64,000 nucleotides of DNA from Mobula hypostoma (GCF_963921235.1 NC_086101.1:7566001-7630000), one strand, 5' to 3'; shown: positions 51,606 through 64,000, counted from the first letter of the stretch. A program made the numbers and translations. Notes: a model not told the origin generated them from the sequence alone.

Positions 51606-52684
51606 CAGTGGTATGCAAAAGTTTGGGCACCCCTGGTCAAAATCCTGTTACTGTGAATAACTAAGCGAGTAAAAAGATGAACTGATTTCCAAAAGGCATA
51701 AAGTTAAAGATGACACATCTCTTTAATATTTTAATCAAGAAAACTTTTTTATTTCCATCTTTTATAGTTTCAAAATAACAAAAAAGGAAAAGGGCCCAAA
51801 GCAAAAGTTTGGGCACCCTGCATGGCGGTACTTAGTAACACCCCCTTTGGCAAGTATCACAGCTTGTAAACACTTTTTGTAGCCAGCTAAGAGTCTTCCA
51901 ATTCTTGTTTGGGGGATTTTCACCCATTCTTCCTTGCAAAAGGCTTCTAGTTCTGTGAGATTCTTGGGCCGTCTTGCACGCACTGTTCTTTTGAGGTCTA
52001 TCCACAGATTCTCGATGATGTTTAGGTCGGGGGACTGTGAGGGCCATGGCAAAACCTTCAGCTTGCACCTCCTGAGGTAGTCCATTGTGGATTTTGAGGT
52101 GTGTTTAGGATCATTATCCTCTTGTGGAAGCTACCTCTTTTCATCTTCAGCTTTTTTACAGACAGTGTGATGTTTGCTTCCAGAATTTGCTGGTATTTAA
52201 TTGAATTCATTCTTCTTTCTACCAATAAATGTCCCCCGTGTCACTGGCTGTAACACAAACCCAAAGCATGATCGATCCACCCTCGTGCTTAACAGTTGGA
52301 GAGGGGTTCTTTTCATGAAACTCTGCTCCCTTTTTCCTCCAAACATACCTTTGCTCATTGCAGTTAAAGAGTTCTATTTTAACTTCATCAGTCCACAGGA
52401 CTTGTTTCCAAAACGCTTCAGGCTTTTTTAGATGTTACTTTGAATAGAGGGCATTTCTAAGTACTGCCATGCAGGCTACCCAAACCTTTGCTTCAGGCCC
52501 TTTTCCTTATTTGTTATTTAAACTGTAAAAGATGGAAATAAAAAAGTTTTCTTGATTAAAATATTAAAGAAATGTGTCATCTTTAACTTTATGCCTTTTG
52601 GAAATCAGTTCATCTTTTACTCGCTTAGTTATTCACAGTAACAGAAATTTTGACCAGGGGTGCCCAGACTTCTGCATGCCACCT
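51606..52684 (-). mobile_element. Tc1/mariner IR/DR-type transposon, internally deleted
   Basis: TA|CAGTGGTATGCAAAAGTTTGGGCACCC start. ~240-bp TIRs each carry the GCAAAAGTTTGGGCACCC motif twice. Transposase C-terminus WPSQSPDLNIIENLW...GGVTKY. Confidence 0.93.
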
Positions 52685-52781
52685 TACCCGTTGGGGGGGT
52701 GTTGAAATCTGATCCAACAAGTTAGGATAAACTTACCCCAAGAGTCAAGTTAGCCTATAGATGATGCAACACCAGAGGTAC

Positions 52782-52852
52782 CTTAGCTGCCGCAACTGCC
52801 TTTGCATCACAACATGAACAGTAGCAGAACCAATCAGAACACAAGTATGTTC
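52782..52852 (-). CDS. Putative coding exon of an unidentified minus-strand membrane-protein gene: (G/R)TYLCSDWFCYCSCCDAKAVAAAK
   Basis: Acceptor tttttgtctctgttgtaaag|GA and donor AAG|gtacct. 71 nt, phase 1->0, joins the 47.5 kb exon in frame. Lies in unique sequence between a Tc1 and LINE fragments. Confidence 0.55.
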
Positions 52853-53087
52853 CTTTACAACAGAGACAAAAAGCAATTTCTCTAGGCAGAGGCTGGAAAA
52901 TCTGTGGGGAGCGTTGTCACAGTAGTCAGGGAGTCAAAGGTTACAGGGAGAAGCAGTAGAATGGGTTGGGGGAGGGGGATAAATAAGCCATGATGGAATG
53001 GCAGAGCAGACATGATGGGCTGAATGGCCTAATTCTGCTCCTATGTCTGATGGAGATGATTTTGACCCCTCGTTTCCAAATGAACAA

Positions 53088-54360
53088 ATCATAATCATAG
53101 TCAGAGTCATACTTTATTGATCCCGGAGGAAACTTGGTTTTCGTTACAGTTGCACCATAAATAATAAATAGTAACAACACCATAAATAGTTAAATAGTAA
53201 TATTTAAATTATGCCAGGAAATAAGTCCAGGACCAGCCTGTTGGCTCAGGGTGTCTGACCCTCCAAGGGAGGAGTTGTAAAGTTTGATGGCCACAGGCAG
53301 GAATGACTTCCTATGACGCTCTGTGCTGCATCTCGGTGGAATGAGTTTCTGGCTGAATGTACTCCTGTGCCCAACCAGTACATTATGTAGTGGATGGGAG
53401 ACATTGTCTAAGATGACATGCAACTTGGACAGCATCCTCTTTTCAGACATCACTGTCAGAGAGTCCAGTTCCATCCCCACAACATCACTGGTCTTACGAA
53501 TGAGTCTGTCGATCCTGTTGATGTCTGCTACCCTCAGCCTGCTGCCCCAGCACACAACAGCAAACATGATCGCACTGGCCACCACAGACTTGTAGAACAT
53601 CCTTAGCATCGTGCAGCAGATGTTAAAGGACCTCAGTCTCTTCAGGAAATAGAGACGGCTCTGACCCTTCTTGTAGACAGCCTCAGTGTTCTTTGACCAG
53701 TCCAGTTTATTGTCAATTCGTATCCCCTGGTATTTGTAATCCTCCACCATGTCCACACTGACCCCCTGGATAGATACAGGGGTCACCGGTACCTTAGCTC
53801 TCCTCAGGTCTACCACCAACTCCTTAGTCTGTTTCACATTAAGCTGCAGATAATTCTGCTCACACCATGTGACAAAGTTTCCTACTGTAGCCCTGTACTC
53901 AGCCTCATCTCCCTTGCTGATGCATCCAACTATGGCAGAGTCATCAGAAAACTTCTGAAGATGACAAGACTCTGTGCAGTAGTTGAAGTCCGAGGTGTAA
54001 ATGGTGAAGAGAAAGACAGACAAGACAGTCCCCTGTGGAGCCCCAGTGCTGCTGATCACTCTGTCGGACACAGAGTGTTGCAAGCACACGTACTGTGGTC
54101 TGCCAGTCAGGTAATCAAGAATCCATGGAAAGCATCCACCTGCATTGCTGTCAGCTTCTCCCCCAGCAGAGAAGGGCGGATGGTGTTGAACGCACTGGAG
54201 AAGTCAAAAAACATGACCCTCACAGTGCTCGCTGGCTTGTCCAGGTGGGCGTAGACATGGTTCAGCAGGTAGACGATGGCATCCTCAACTCCTAGTCGGG
54301 GCTGGTAGGCAAACTGGAGGGGATCTAAGTGTGGCCTGACCATAGGCCGGAACATCTCCA
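53088..54360 (-). mobile_element. Rex1/Babar-type LINE, young 5'-truncated copy
   Basis: ORFs 54107..54361 and 53190..54089 with LQFAYQP, DFSSAFNTI, GAPQGTVLS and KFSDD. (TATGAC/T)n tail. Confidence 0.93.
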
Positions 54361-56066
54361 AATTATAGTATAGATACTATATAAAGTCATAAAGAGGCCA
54401 CTGACCCTGTAGGAATACAGAGAGAAGTCGTAGTTTTCTGAATACATATTATCAATGGAGAAATTGTCACTCCTATTAATAGAACTATTGAGTACAAACG
54501 AGTTTTGATGGGATTTGATACTGATTGATTGGTTGAGTCAGAGGGATAATTTGTACACACACACACACACACACACATGTACATCCTCACCGAGGGATCA
54601 GCAGTGAAAAGGGTGAGCTGGTTCAAGTTTCTGGGTGTCAATATCACTGAGGATCTTTCTTGGGCCCAACATATCGATGCAATCATGAAACGGGCAAGCC
54701 AGTGGCTATATGTTTTTAGGAGTTTGAGGATATTTCTCCAGGTGTACCATGGAGAGCATTCTAACTAGTTGCATCACCGCCTGGCATGGACAGGCCACGG
54801 CACAGGATTGAAATTTGCTGAAGGAAGTTGTGAACTCAGCCAGCTCCATCATGGGTGCAATCCTCCCCAACATTGAGGTTATCCCTGACAAGCGATTCCT
54901 CAGAAAGCTGGCATCCATCAGTATGGACCCTGATCACACAAGACATGCCTTCTTCTCATTACGACCATCAGGGAGAAGGTACAAGCAGAGGGTCCCAACT
55001 TTTTCTATACCATGGACCAATACTAACAAACAAGGGGCATGTGGACCCCAGGTTCGGAGCCCCTGAGGTACAGGATCCTGAATAGCCTTTTCCCCTCCAC
55101 CATCACACCTCGGAATGGGCCATGATCGTACCTCACTAGTTTGCTCTCTTTTTAAAACATTTCTAACATTGCATTTTTTTTTTTACATATTGCATCGTAC
55201 CGCTGCTGAGAACAACAAATACCATAACGCTGATTCTGACTCATAAGTCCAGGGGTCTTATGTCTGCCTGATCACAAATTAATCGTTAAATGTTTATCTA
55301 ATGGATAATATGATGCTTCCCTATGCTGTGTAATCTTAGAACCGGAGGATGCTTCGGGTGTAATAATGATTGAGTGAGACACCCTGGAACACTGTTTCTC
55401 TGCTTCACCTCCTTGTGCTTGCCCCGGGAACAAAGGAACTGGAGCTTGGACTAATTACTGCAGAGGTACAAAGGATTACTCAACAACACGAGGCTCCTAA
55501 ACAGCCCACCTTCAGTTTCACCTTCAGAATATTGAACAGCGCAGCTCAAGAACACGCCCTGTGGCCCACGTACGTTGTCCCAAAATAATTAAAATTAGTA
55601 ATCAAACACCCAATTATATCAATCCCTTCTGCCTACACAACATCCATATCAACTCACGTTACTCTGGATTTCCAGCATCTGCAGAATCTCTTTGCTGCTC
55701 CACTGCGAACCGTCCTCGCGGTATGCCTACCCTGAAGATGTTTAAGTGTACTCGTCAGCAGGAGTTCAGTGACAGCCCCTCTCACTGGTCCCCCTCTGTG
55801 ATCCCTGCTGCCCTCCAACTCTTTGACCTTTTTGCTTTTTTACTTCTCCCCTCCTTCCATCAACTGTAACGAAAACCAATTTCCCCCAGGATTAATAAAG
55901 AATGACTATGACTATGACTTTGACTTATTCTGGATTCTTTCCCCTTCCTTTCCAGTCCTGATGAAGGGTCTCAGCCTGCAACTGTTTATTCCTCTCCATA
56001 GTTGCTGTCTAAGTTCTTCCAGCATTTTGTGTGTGTTACTCTGGATTTCCAGCAACTGCAGAATCT

Positions 56067-57540
56067 TAAACACGAGGAATTCTACAGATGCTGGAAATTC
56101 AAGCAACACACATCAAAGTTGCTGGTAAACGCAGCAGGCCAAGCAGCATCTCCAGGAAGAGGTACTGACGACGTTTCGGGCCGAGACCCTTCGTCAGGAC
56201 TAACTGAAGGAAGAGCTAGTAAGAGATTTGAAAATGGCAGGGGAGGGGAGATCCAAAATGATAGGAGAAGACAGGAGGGGGAGGGATGGAGCCAAGAGCT
56301 GGACAGGTGATTGGCAAAAGGGATATGAGAGGATCATGGGACAGGAGGCCCAAGGAGAAAGAAAAGGGGGAGAGGGAAAAAACCCAGAGGATGGGCAGAG
56401 GAACAGAGGGAGAAAAAGGAGTGTGAGAGAAAGAATGTGTGTATAAAAATAAATAACGGATGCGGTACGAGGGGGAGATGGGGCATTAACAAAAGTTTGA
56501 GAAGTCAATGTTCATGCCATCAGGTTGGAGGCTACCCAGACGGAATATAAGGTGTTGTTTCTCCAACCTGAGTGTGGCTTCATCTTTACAGTAGAGGAGG
56601 CCGTGGATAGACATGTCAGAATGGGAATGGGATGTGGAATTAAAATGTATGGCCACTGGGAGATCCTGCTTTCTCTGGTGGACAGAACGTAGGTGTTCAG
56701 CAAAACGATCTCCCAGTCTGCGTCGGGTCTCGCCAATATATAGAAGGCCACATCGGGAGCACCGGACGCAGTATATCACCCCAGTCGACTCACAGGTGAA
56801 GTGTTGCCTCACCTGGAAGGACTGTCTGGGGCCCTGAATGGTGGTAAGGGAGGAAGTGTAAGGGCATGTGTAGCACTTGTTCCGCTTACACGGATAAGTG
56901 CCAGGAGGGAGATCAGTGGGGAGGGATGGGGGGAACAAATGGACAAGGGAGTCGCGTAGGGAGCGATCCCTGCGGAATGCAGAGAGAGGAGGGGAGGGAA
57001 AGATGTGCTTAGTGGTGGGATCCCGTTGCAGGTGGCGGAAGTTACGGAGAATAATATGTTGGACCCGGAGGCTGGTGGGGTGGTAGGTGAGGACAAGGGG
57101 AACCCTATTCCTAGTAGGATGACGGGAGGATGGAGTGAGAGCAGATGTGCGTGAAATGGGGGAGATGTGTTTAAGAGCAGAGTTGATAGTGGAGGAAGGG
57201 AAGCCCCTTTCTTTAAAAAAAGAGGACATATCCCTCGTCCTGGAATGAAGAGCCTCATCCTGAGAGCAGATGCGGCAGAGACGGAGGAATTGCGAGAAGG
57301 GGATGGCAGTTTTGCAAGAGACAGGATGAGAAGAGGAATAGACCAGATAGCTGTGAGAGTCAGTAGGCTTATAGTAGACATCAGTAGATAAGCTGTCTCT
57401 AGAGATAGAGACAGAAAGATCTAGAAAGGGGAGGGAGGTGTCGGAAATGGACCAGGTAAACTTGAGGGCAGGGTGAAAGTTGGAGGCAAAGTTAATGAAG
57501 ACAACGAGCTCAGTATATGTGCAGGAAGCAGCACTTCTTC
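56067..57540 (-). mobile_element. Penelope-like retroelement: open RT C-terminus/thumb, linker and GIY-YIG endonuclease, plus pLTR with a hammerhead core
   Basis: ORF 56486..57571 has LPFLDL, VYYKPT, CxxxxCxxC and GVIYCVRC...LYIGET...R...EH. Duplication CTGCAGAATCT at 56056-56066 and 57541-57551. HHR core at 56166-56201. Confidence 0.93.
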
Positions 57541-58584
57541 CTGCAGAATCTCCTGTGTTTGCAATGTGCATATTCCTGCACGTTCACGTGCCTATCTAAG
57601 AGCCCCTATCATATTGGTCTCCACCACCTCGCACAGACACCACGTTCCAAGTGGCCACCACATTCTGTGTAAAATACCTGCCCTGCATATCTCCTTAGAA
57701 CCTGCCTTAAACATATCCCTTCCACTATTAGACATTTCACTACTGACTGAAAGATACCAGCTTCCTACTAGTGTCTATACATCTAATAATAAGATCACAA
57801 GACCATAAACATGGAAATAAGAAAGAAACACAGATGGTTGTTTGCCCCCCAGGTTTCTGGGTCCGGGATGTTTCTGATCGTGTCCATGATACCCTGAAGT
57901 GGGAAGGCGAACAGCCAGGGGTTGTGGTACATATTGGTACCGATGACATATGCACGAAAAGGGAGGAGGTCCTGAAAACAGACTACAGGGAATTAGGGAG
58001 GAAGTTGAGAAGCAGGACCTCAAAGGTAGTAATCTCAGGATTACTCCCTGTGCCACGCGACACAAATGCGTGGCTAAGGGATTGGAGCAGGGGACAGGGA
58101 TTCAGGTTTCTGAATCATTGGGACTCTTTTGGGGCGGGCGTGACCTGTACAAAAAGGACGGGTTGCACTTGAATCACAGGGGGACCAATATCCTGGCGGG
58201 CAGGTTTGCTAAAGCTGTTGGGGTGAGTTTAAACTAGAATTGTTGGGGGGTGGGACCTGAACTGAAGAGACGGAGGAAGGGGCTGTTGGTTCACAAATAG
58301 AGAAAGCTTGGAGACAGCGCAAGAGGGAGGAGAGGCAGGTGATAGAGAAGGGATACGCTCAGACCGATGTGTCTATTTTAATCCAAGAAGCATCATGAAC
58401 AAAGCGGATGAGCTTAGAGTGTGGATTAGTACTTGGAGCTATGATATTGTGGCCATTACAGAGACTTGGATGGTTCAGGGGCAGGAATGGTTACTTCGAG
58501 GGCCAGGATTTAGATGTTTCAGAAAGGACAGGGAGGGAGGCAAAAGAGGTGGGGGTGTGGCACTGTTGGACAGAGATAGTGTCC

Positions 58585-60577
58585 AACAGCATACAAATTA
58601 GCCAGAAAAAGTGGCTCACCTGAGGACTGGGAGAAATTCAGAGTCCAGCAGAGGAGGACAAAGGGCTTAGTTAAGAAACAGAAAAAAGATTATGAGAGAA
58701 AACTGGCAGGGAACATAAAAACTGACTGTAAAAGCTTTAATAGATATGTGAAAAGAAAAAGATTGGTTAAGACAAATGTAGGTCCCCTACAGACAGAAAC
58801 AGGTGAATTGATTATGGGGAGCAAGGACATGGCAGACCAATTGAATAATTACTTTGGTTCTGTCTTCACTAAGGAGGACATAAATAATCTTCCAGAAATA
58901 GTAGGGGACAGAGGGTCCAGTGAGATGGAGGAACTGAGCGAAATACATGTTAGTAGGGAAGTGGTGTTAGGTAAATTGAAGGGATTGAAGGCAGATAAAT
59001 CCCCAGGGCCAGATGGTCTGCATCCCAGAGTGCTTAAGGAAGTAGCCCAAGAAATAGTGGATGCATTAGTGATAATTTTTCAAAACTCTTTAGATTCTGG
59101 ACTAGTTCCTGAGGATTGGAGGGTGGCTAATGTAACCCCACTTTTTAAAAAAGGAGGGAGAGAGAAACCGGGGAATTATAGGCCGGTTAGCCTAACGTCG
59201 GTGGTGGGGAAACTGCTGGAGTCAGTTATCAAAGATGTGATAACAGCACATTTGGAAAGCGGTGAAATCATTGGACAAAGTCAGCATGGATTTGTGAAAG
59301 GAAAATCATATCTGACGAATCTCATAGAATTTTTTGAGGATGTAACCAGTAGAGTGGATAGGAGAGAACCAGTGGATGTGGTATATTTGGATTTTCAAAA
59401 GGCTTTTGACAAGGTCCCACACAGGAGATTAGTGTGCCAACTTAAAGCACACGGTATTGGGGGTAAGGTATTGATGTGGATAGAGAATTGGTTAGCAGAC
59501 AGGAAGCAAAGAGTGGGAATAAACGGGACCTTTTCAGAATGGCAGGCGGTGACTAGTGGGGTACCGCAAGGCTCAGAGCTGGGACCCTAGTTGTTTACAA
59601 TATATATTAATGACTTGGATGAGAGAATTAAATGCAGCATCTCCAAGTTTGCAGATGACACGAAGCTGGGTGGCAGTGTTAGCTGTGAGGAGGATGCTAA
59701 AAGGATGCAGAGTGACTTGGATAGGTTGGGTGAGTGGGCAAATTCATGGCAGACGCAATTTAATGTGGATAAATGTGAAGTTATCCACTTTGGTGGCAAA
59801 AATAGGAAAACAGATTATTATCTGAATGGTGGCCGATTAGGAAAAGGGGAGGTGCAATGAGACCTGGGTGTCATTATGCACCAGTCATTGAAAGTGGGCA
59901 TGCAGGTACAGCAGGCGGTGAAAAAGGTGAATGGTATGCTGGCATTTATAGCAAGAGGATTCGAGTACAGGAGCAGGGAGGTACTACTGCAGTTGTACAA
60001 GGCCTTGGTGAGACCACACCTGGAGTATTGTGTGCAGTTTTGGTCCCCTAATCTGAGGAAAGACATCTTTGCCATAGAGGGAGTACAAAGAAGGTTCACC
60101 AGATTGATTCCTGGGATGGCAGGACTTTCATATGAAGAAAGACTGGATGAACTAGGCTTGTACTCGTTGGAATTTAGAAGATTGAGGGGGGATCTGATTG
60201 AAACGTATAAAATCCTAAAGGGATTGGACAGGCTAGATGCAGGAAGATTGTTCCCGATGTTGGGGAAGTCCAGAACGAGGGGTCACAGTTTGAGGATAAA
60301 GGGGAAGCCTTTTAGGACCGAGATGAAGAAAAACTTCTTCACACAGAGAGTGGTGAATCTGTGGAATTCTCTGCCACAGGAAACAGTTGAGGCCAGTTCA
60401 TTGGCTATATTTAAGAGGGAGTTAGATATGGCCCTTGTGGCTAAAGGGATCGGGGGTATGGAGGGAAGGCTGGTGCAGGGTTCTGAGTTGGATGATCAGC
60501 CACGATCATACTGAATGGCGGTGCAGGCTCGAAGGGCCGAATGGCCTATTCCTGCACCTATTTTCTATGTTTCTATG
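58585..60577 (+). mobile_element. Young 5'-truncated CR1 nested in the outer CR1
   Basis: ORFs 58748..59590, 59591..59860 and 59876..60514. Its 3' ~850 bp is nearly identical to window positions 1-850. Tail tttctatgtttctatgt. Confidence 0.95.
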
Positions 60578-62036
60578 TTGCAGAAAAGGAGGAGATTGTC
60601 AACTGAGTCTCTGTGGGTGGAAGTTAGAAACAGGAAGGGGTCAATAACTCTACTGGGTGTTTTGTACAGACAACAGTACCAGGAACATCGAGGGGCAGAT
60701 AGGGAGATAGATTCTGCAACATCAATGGGGACAGGAGAGGTTCCAGAGGATTGGAGGGTTACAGATGTTGTTCCCTTATTCAAGAAAGGGTGTAGCGATA
60801 GCCCAGGAAATTATAGACCAGTGAGCCTTACATTAGTAGTTGGTAAGTTGATGGAAAAGATCCTGAGAGAGAGGATTTATGAACATTTGGAGAGGCATAA
60901 TATGATTAGGAATAGTCAGCATGGCTTTGTCAAATGCAGGTCGTGCCTTACGAGCCTGATTGAATTTTTTTTGAGGGTGTGACTAAACATATTGCTGAAG
61001 AAAGAGCAGTAGATGTAGTGTATATGGATTTCAGCAAGGCATTTGATAAGGTACCCCATGCAAGGCTTATTGAGAAAATAAGGAGGCATGGGATCCAAGA
61101 GGACATAGCCTTGTGGATACAGAACTGGCCTGCCCACTGAACGCAAAGAGAGGTTGTAGATGGGTCATATTCTGCATGGAGGTCAATGACCAGTGGGGTG
61201 CCTCAGGGACCTGCTCTGGGACTCCTACTCTTCATGATTTTTATAAGTGACCTGGATGAGGAAGTGGAGAGATGGGTTAGTAAATTTGCTGATGACACAA
61301 AGGTTGGAGGTGTTGTGGATAGTGTGGAGGGCTGTCAGATGTTGCAGCGTGACAACGATAGGATGCAAAACTGGGCTGAGAGGTAGCAGATGGAGTTCAA
61401 CCCAGATAAGTGTGAGGTGGTTCATTTTGGGAGGTCAAATATGATGGCAGAGTATAGTATTAATGGTAAGACTCTTGGCAGTGTGGAGGATCAGAGGGAT
61501 CTTGGGGTCTGAGTCCATAGGACACTCAAAGCTGCTGCGCAGGTTGACTCTGTGGTTAAGAAGGCATACAGTGCATTAGGCTTCATCAATCATGGGATTG
61601 AGTTTAGGAGCTGAGAGGTAATGTTGCAGCTATATAGGACCCTGGTCAGACCCCACTTGGAGTACTGTGCTCAGTTCTGGTCGCCTCACTACAGAAAGGA
61701 TGTGGAAACTATAGAAAAGATGCAGAGGAAATTAACAAGGATGTTGCCTGGATTGGGGAGCATGCCTTATGAGAATAGGTTGAGTGAACTCGGCCTTTTT
61801 TCCTTGGAGCGATGGAGGATGAGAGGTGACCTGATAGAGGTGTATAAGATGATGAGAGGCATTGATCATGTGGATAGTCAGAGGCTTTTCCCCAGGGTTG
61901 AAATGGCTAACACGAGAGGGCACAGTTTAAGGTTCTTGGAAGTAGGTACAGAGGAGATGTCAGGGGAAACTTGTTTACACAGAGAGTGGGCTGCCAGCAT
62001 CAGTGCTGAAGGCAGATATGATAGGGTCTTTTAAGA

Positions 62037-62570
62037 CAGTAGTCCCCAACCTCCGGACCGCGAAGCATGCAGGGGTGCAGCGGCACGTGAATGTCCGCCT
62101 AGATCAGAGGCGATTGCCGATTTCACTTGCTCTACGCGATGTTCACTCCTCTTTCCAGGGTGCTGGAGCCTTTAGCTGTTCCATTGTTTGGTCAATTTAA
62201 ACGCCAGCCCAGACAGGCTGAAAAGACAGGGCTGTCAGGATCGAGATGACATGTTGAATCTGCACAAACTTCTGATAAAGTATAGGCACTGCTTTCTTTG
62301 TAATGACAGTTACGTACTGGTCCCAGGGCAGATCCTCTGACACTTTTCAGAGAGAGAAACGTCGATCCTTAATGCCGAAGAATTTAAAGTTATTGACGCT
62401 CTCCACCTCAGTTCCTCTAATGAAGACTGGCTTCTGGGCGGCACCTAATTAATTAGCTTGTTTATTTCGGCTTTTTTCTTAAAGATGTGCTGGTGCGCTC
62501 CGGCTACGCTGCACCTCTGCATGCTTCGCGGCCCGGTATCAGCCTGTGGCCCGGAGGTTGGGGACCACTG
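62037..62570. mobile_element. Non-autonomous hAT-type (Charlie-like) MITE, 534 bp
   Basis: TIRs CAGTAGTCCCCAACCTCCGG / CCGGAGGTTGGGGACCACTG plus a subterminal IR. It interrupts CR1 text gggtcttttaaga|gactcctggatagg. The TSD is degraded. Confidence 0.85.
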
Positions 62571-62719
62571 TACGAGACTCCTGGATAGGTTCATGGAGCT
62601 TAGAAAAATAGAGGGCTCTGGAAATCCCTAGGTAATTTCTGAAGGATGTACATGTTCCACACAGCATTGTGGGCTGAAGGGTCTGTATTGTGCTGTAGGC
62701 TTTCTATGCTTTTTCTTTC

Positions 62720-63725
62720 TATAAGCGACTGGAGCAGAATCAGCCCCCTGTGTCTGCACTGCTATTCCATCATGGTCGATTTATTTTGCCTCTGAAACCC
62801 ATCCTTATGACTTCTCCCTGTAATCTTTGACATCCTCACTAATCAAGTACCTATCAACCTCCGCCTTAAATATAGGCAGAGGTTACAGAAGATGTTGCCT
62901 GTGGTAATCTGATTTTGAGATTCCGCCCCTAAATCTTCTCCCTGTCTACCCACAAGAAGAAGAACCTCAATGAGGTTAGTGAAAAACATTCTTCTTATGA
63001 TTCAGTGCGGTGTTGGCCGCACTCCACAGATTTATCACCCTCTGGCTAAAGAACGTTTTCCTTATCTCTGTTCTATATGGGTGGTCCTCTGTTCTGAGGC
63101 TGTGGCTTCCTAGACTTCCCTACTAATGGAAACATCCTCTCCACACGCACTCTATCTTGACCTTCCAATATTCAATATGTTTCAATATGCCCACACATCT
63201 TTCCTTTGATAAGAGGCCCAAAACTGCTCCCTATACTTCAAATACGATCTGACCAATGTCTTACAAAACCTCAGCATTACATCTTTGCTTCTGTATTCTA
63301 GTCCTCTCAAAATGAGTGCTAACATTGCATTTGCCTTCCTTACCACTGACTCAACCTGCAAGTTAACTTTTAGAGAGTCCTGCACAAGGACCCCCCAAGT
63401 CCCTTTGCACCTTTGATTTTTGAATATTTTCCCGATTTTGAAAAATATTCTCTGCCTTTATTCCTTTTACCAAAATGCATAACCATACACTTCCCTACAC
63501 AGTATTCCATCTGACACTTCCTTGGCCATTCTTCCAGACTGTCTAAATCCTTCCGCAGATTCTCTGTTTCCTGAACACCGCCTGCCCCTTTACTCATTTT
63601 CACATTGTCTGCAAATCTGGCCACAAAGCCATCAGCTTTGTCAAATCGTTGACAGTAACGTGAAGAGAAACGATCCCAATACCAACCACTGCATAGCACC
63701 ACTAGTCACTGGCAGCCAACCAGAA
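62720..63725 (-). mobile_element. Decayed CR1 fragment
   Basis: Motifs ARFADN, KCMVMHFG and LKVNLQVESVVRKANAML. Confidence 0.8.
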
Positions 63726-64000
63726 TCTTTAAACTTATATTATAATCATATAAACCTCTTACAATAATCTTATAATATATTATATACCTCTTATAACACC
63801 TTTTAACAAGATTATAGAATAGTTTTACAATCTGAGGGCAGATCTCCCCTCAGCCTTTTCACTCCAGAGAAAACTGTCCAACCTGTCTTTGCAGCAGATG
63901 CTCTGTAATCCAGGCTGTATCTCAGCAAACATTCTAATTATTCTAGACTCACTAGCAGAAACTGATCGAGCAGAGGGCATTACAGTAGTGACAGGTGTTC

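Larger units (their letters stand above)
57830..62715 (+). mobile_element. Outer, internally deleted CR1 (ORF1 esterase, APE, RT, 3' end) interrupted by a younger CR1 and a hAT MITE
   Basis: VVVHIGTDD and VVISGLLPVP, then IVAITETW...GGGVALL. Resumes at ~60578 with ESLWVEV. RT and 3' UTR follow. Confidence 0.9.

Noticed and set aside
55398..55521. Further upstream coding exon (GETEGGLFRSLVLLSNPLYLC or VISPSSSSFVPGASTR)
   Set aside because: The two readings conflict, splice sites are weak, and the one with the better acceptor has an incompatible phase. Left uncalled.

Overview
Eukaryotic vertebrate genomic DNA, not prokaryotic. The repeat spectrum (CR1 LINEs with (TTCTATG)n tails, Rex1/Babar-type LINEs, Penelope-like elements, V-SINE-like SINEs, Tc1/mariner, hAT MITE) suggests a cartilaginous fish, probably a ray or skate; this is an inference. 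Most of the window is nested, decayed transposable elements, and nearly all long ORFs in the supplied track are TE remnants. In the short unique stretches I reconstructed by hand a phase-consistent chain of at least 9 coding exons on the minus strand (about 52.85 kb to 13.33 kb). It encodes the C-terminal ~330-385 aa of a membrane protein that I cannot name. Other notable items: minimal hammerhead ribozyme motifs in Penelope-derived repeats, three locally templated inverted duplications, a 97-bp LINE-derived minisatellite with higher-order structure, a solo LTR, an IR/DR Tc1 deletion derivative, a hAT MITE carrying a LINE fragment, and a promoter-like island inside an intron. TE boundaries are approximate; exon coordinates were counted by hand.
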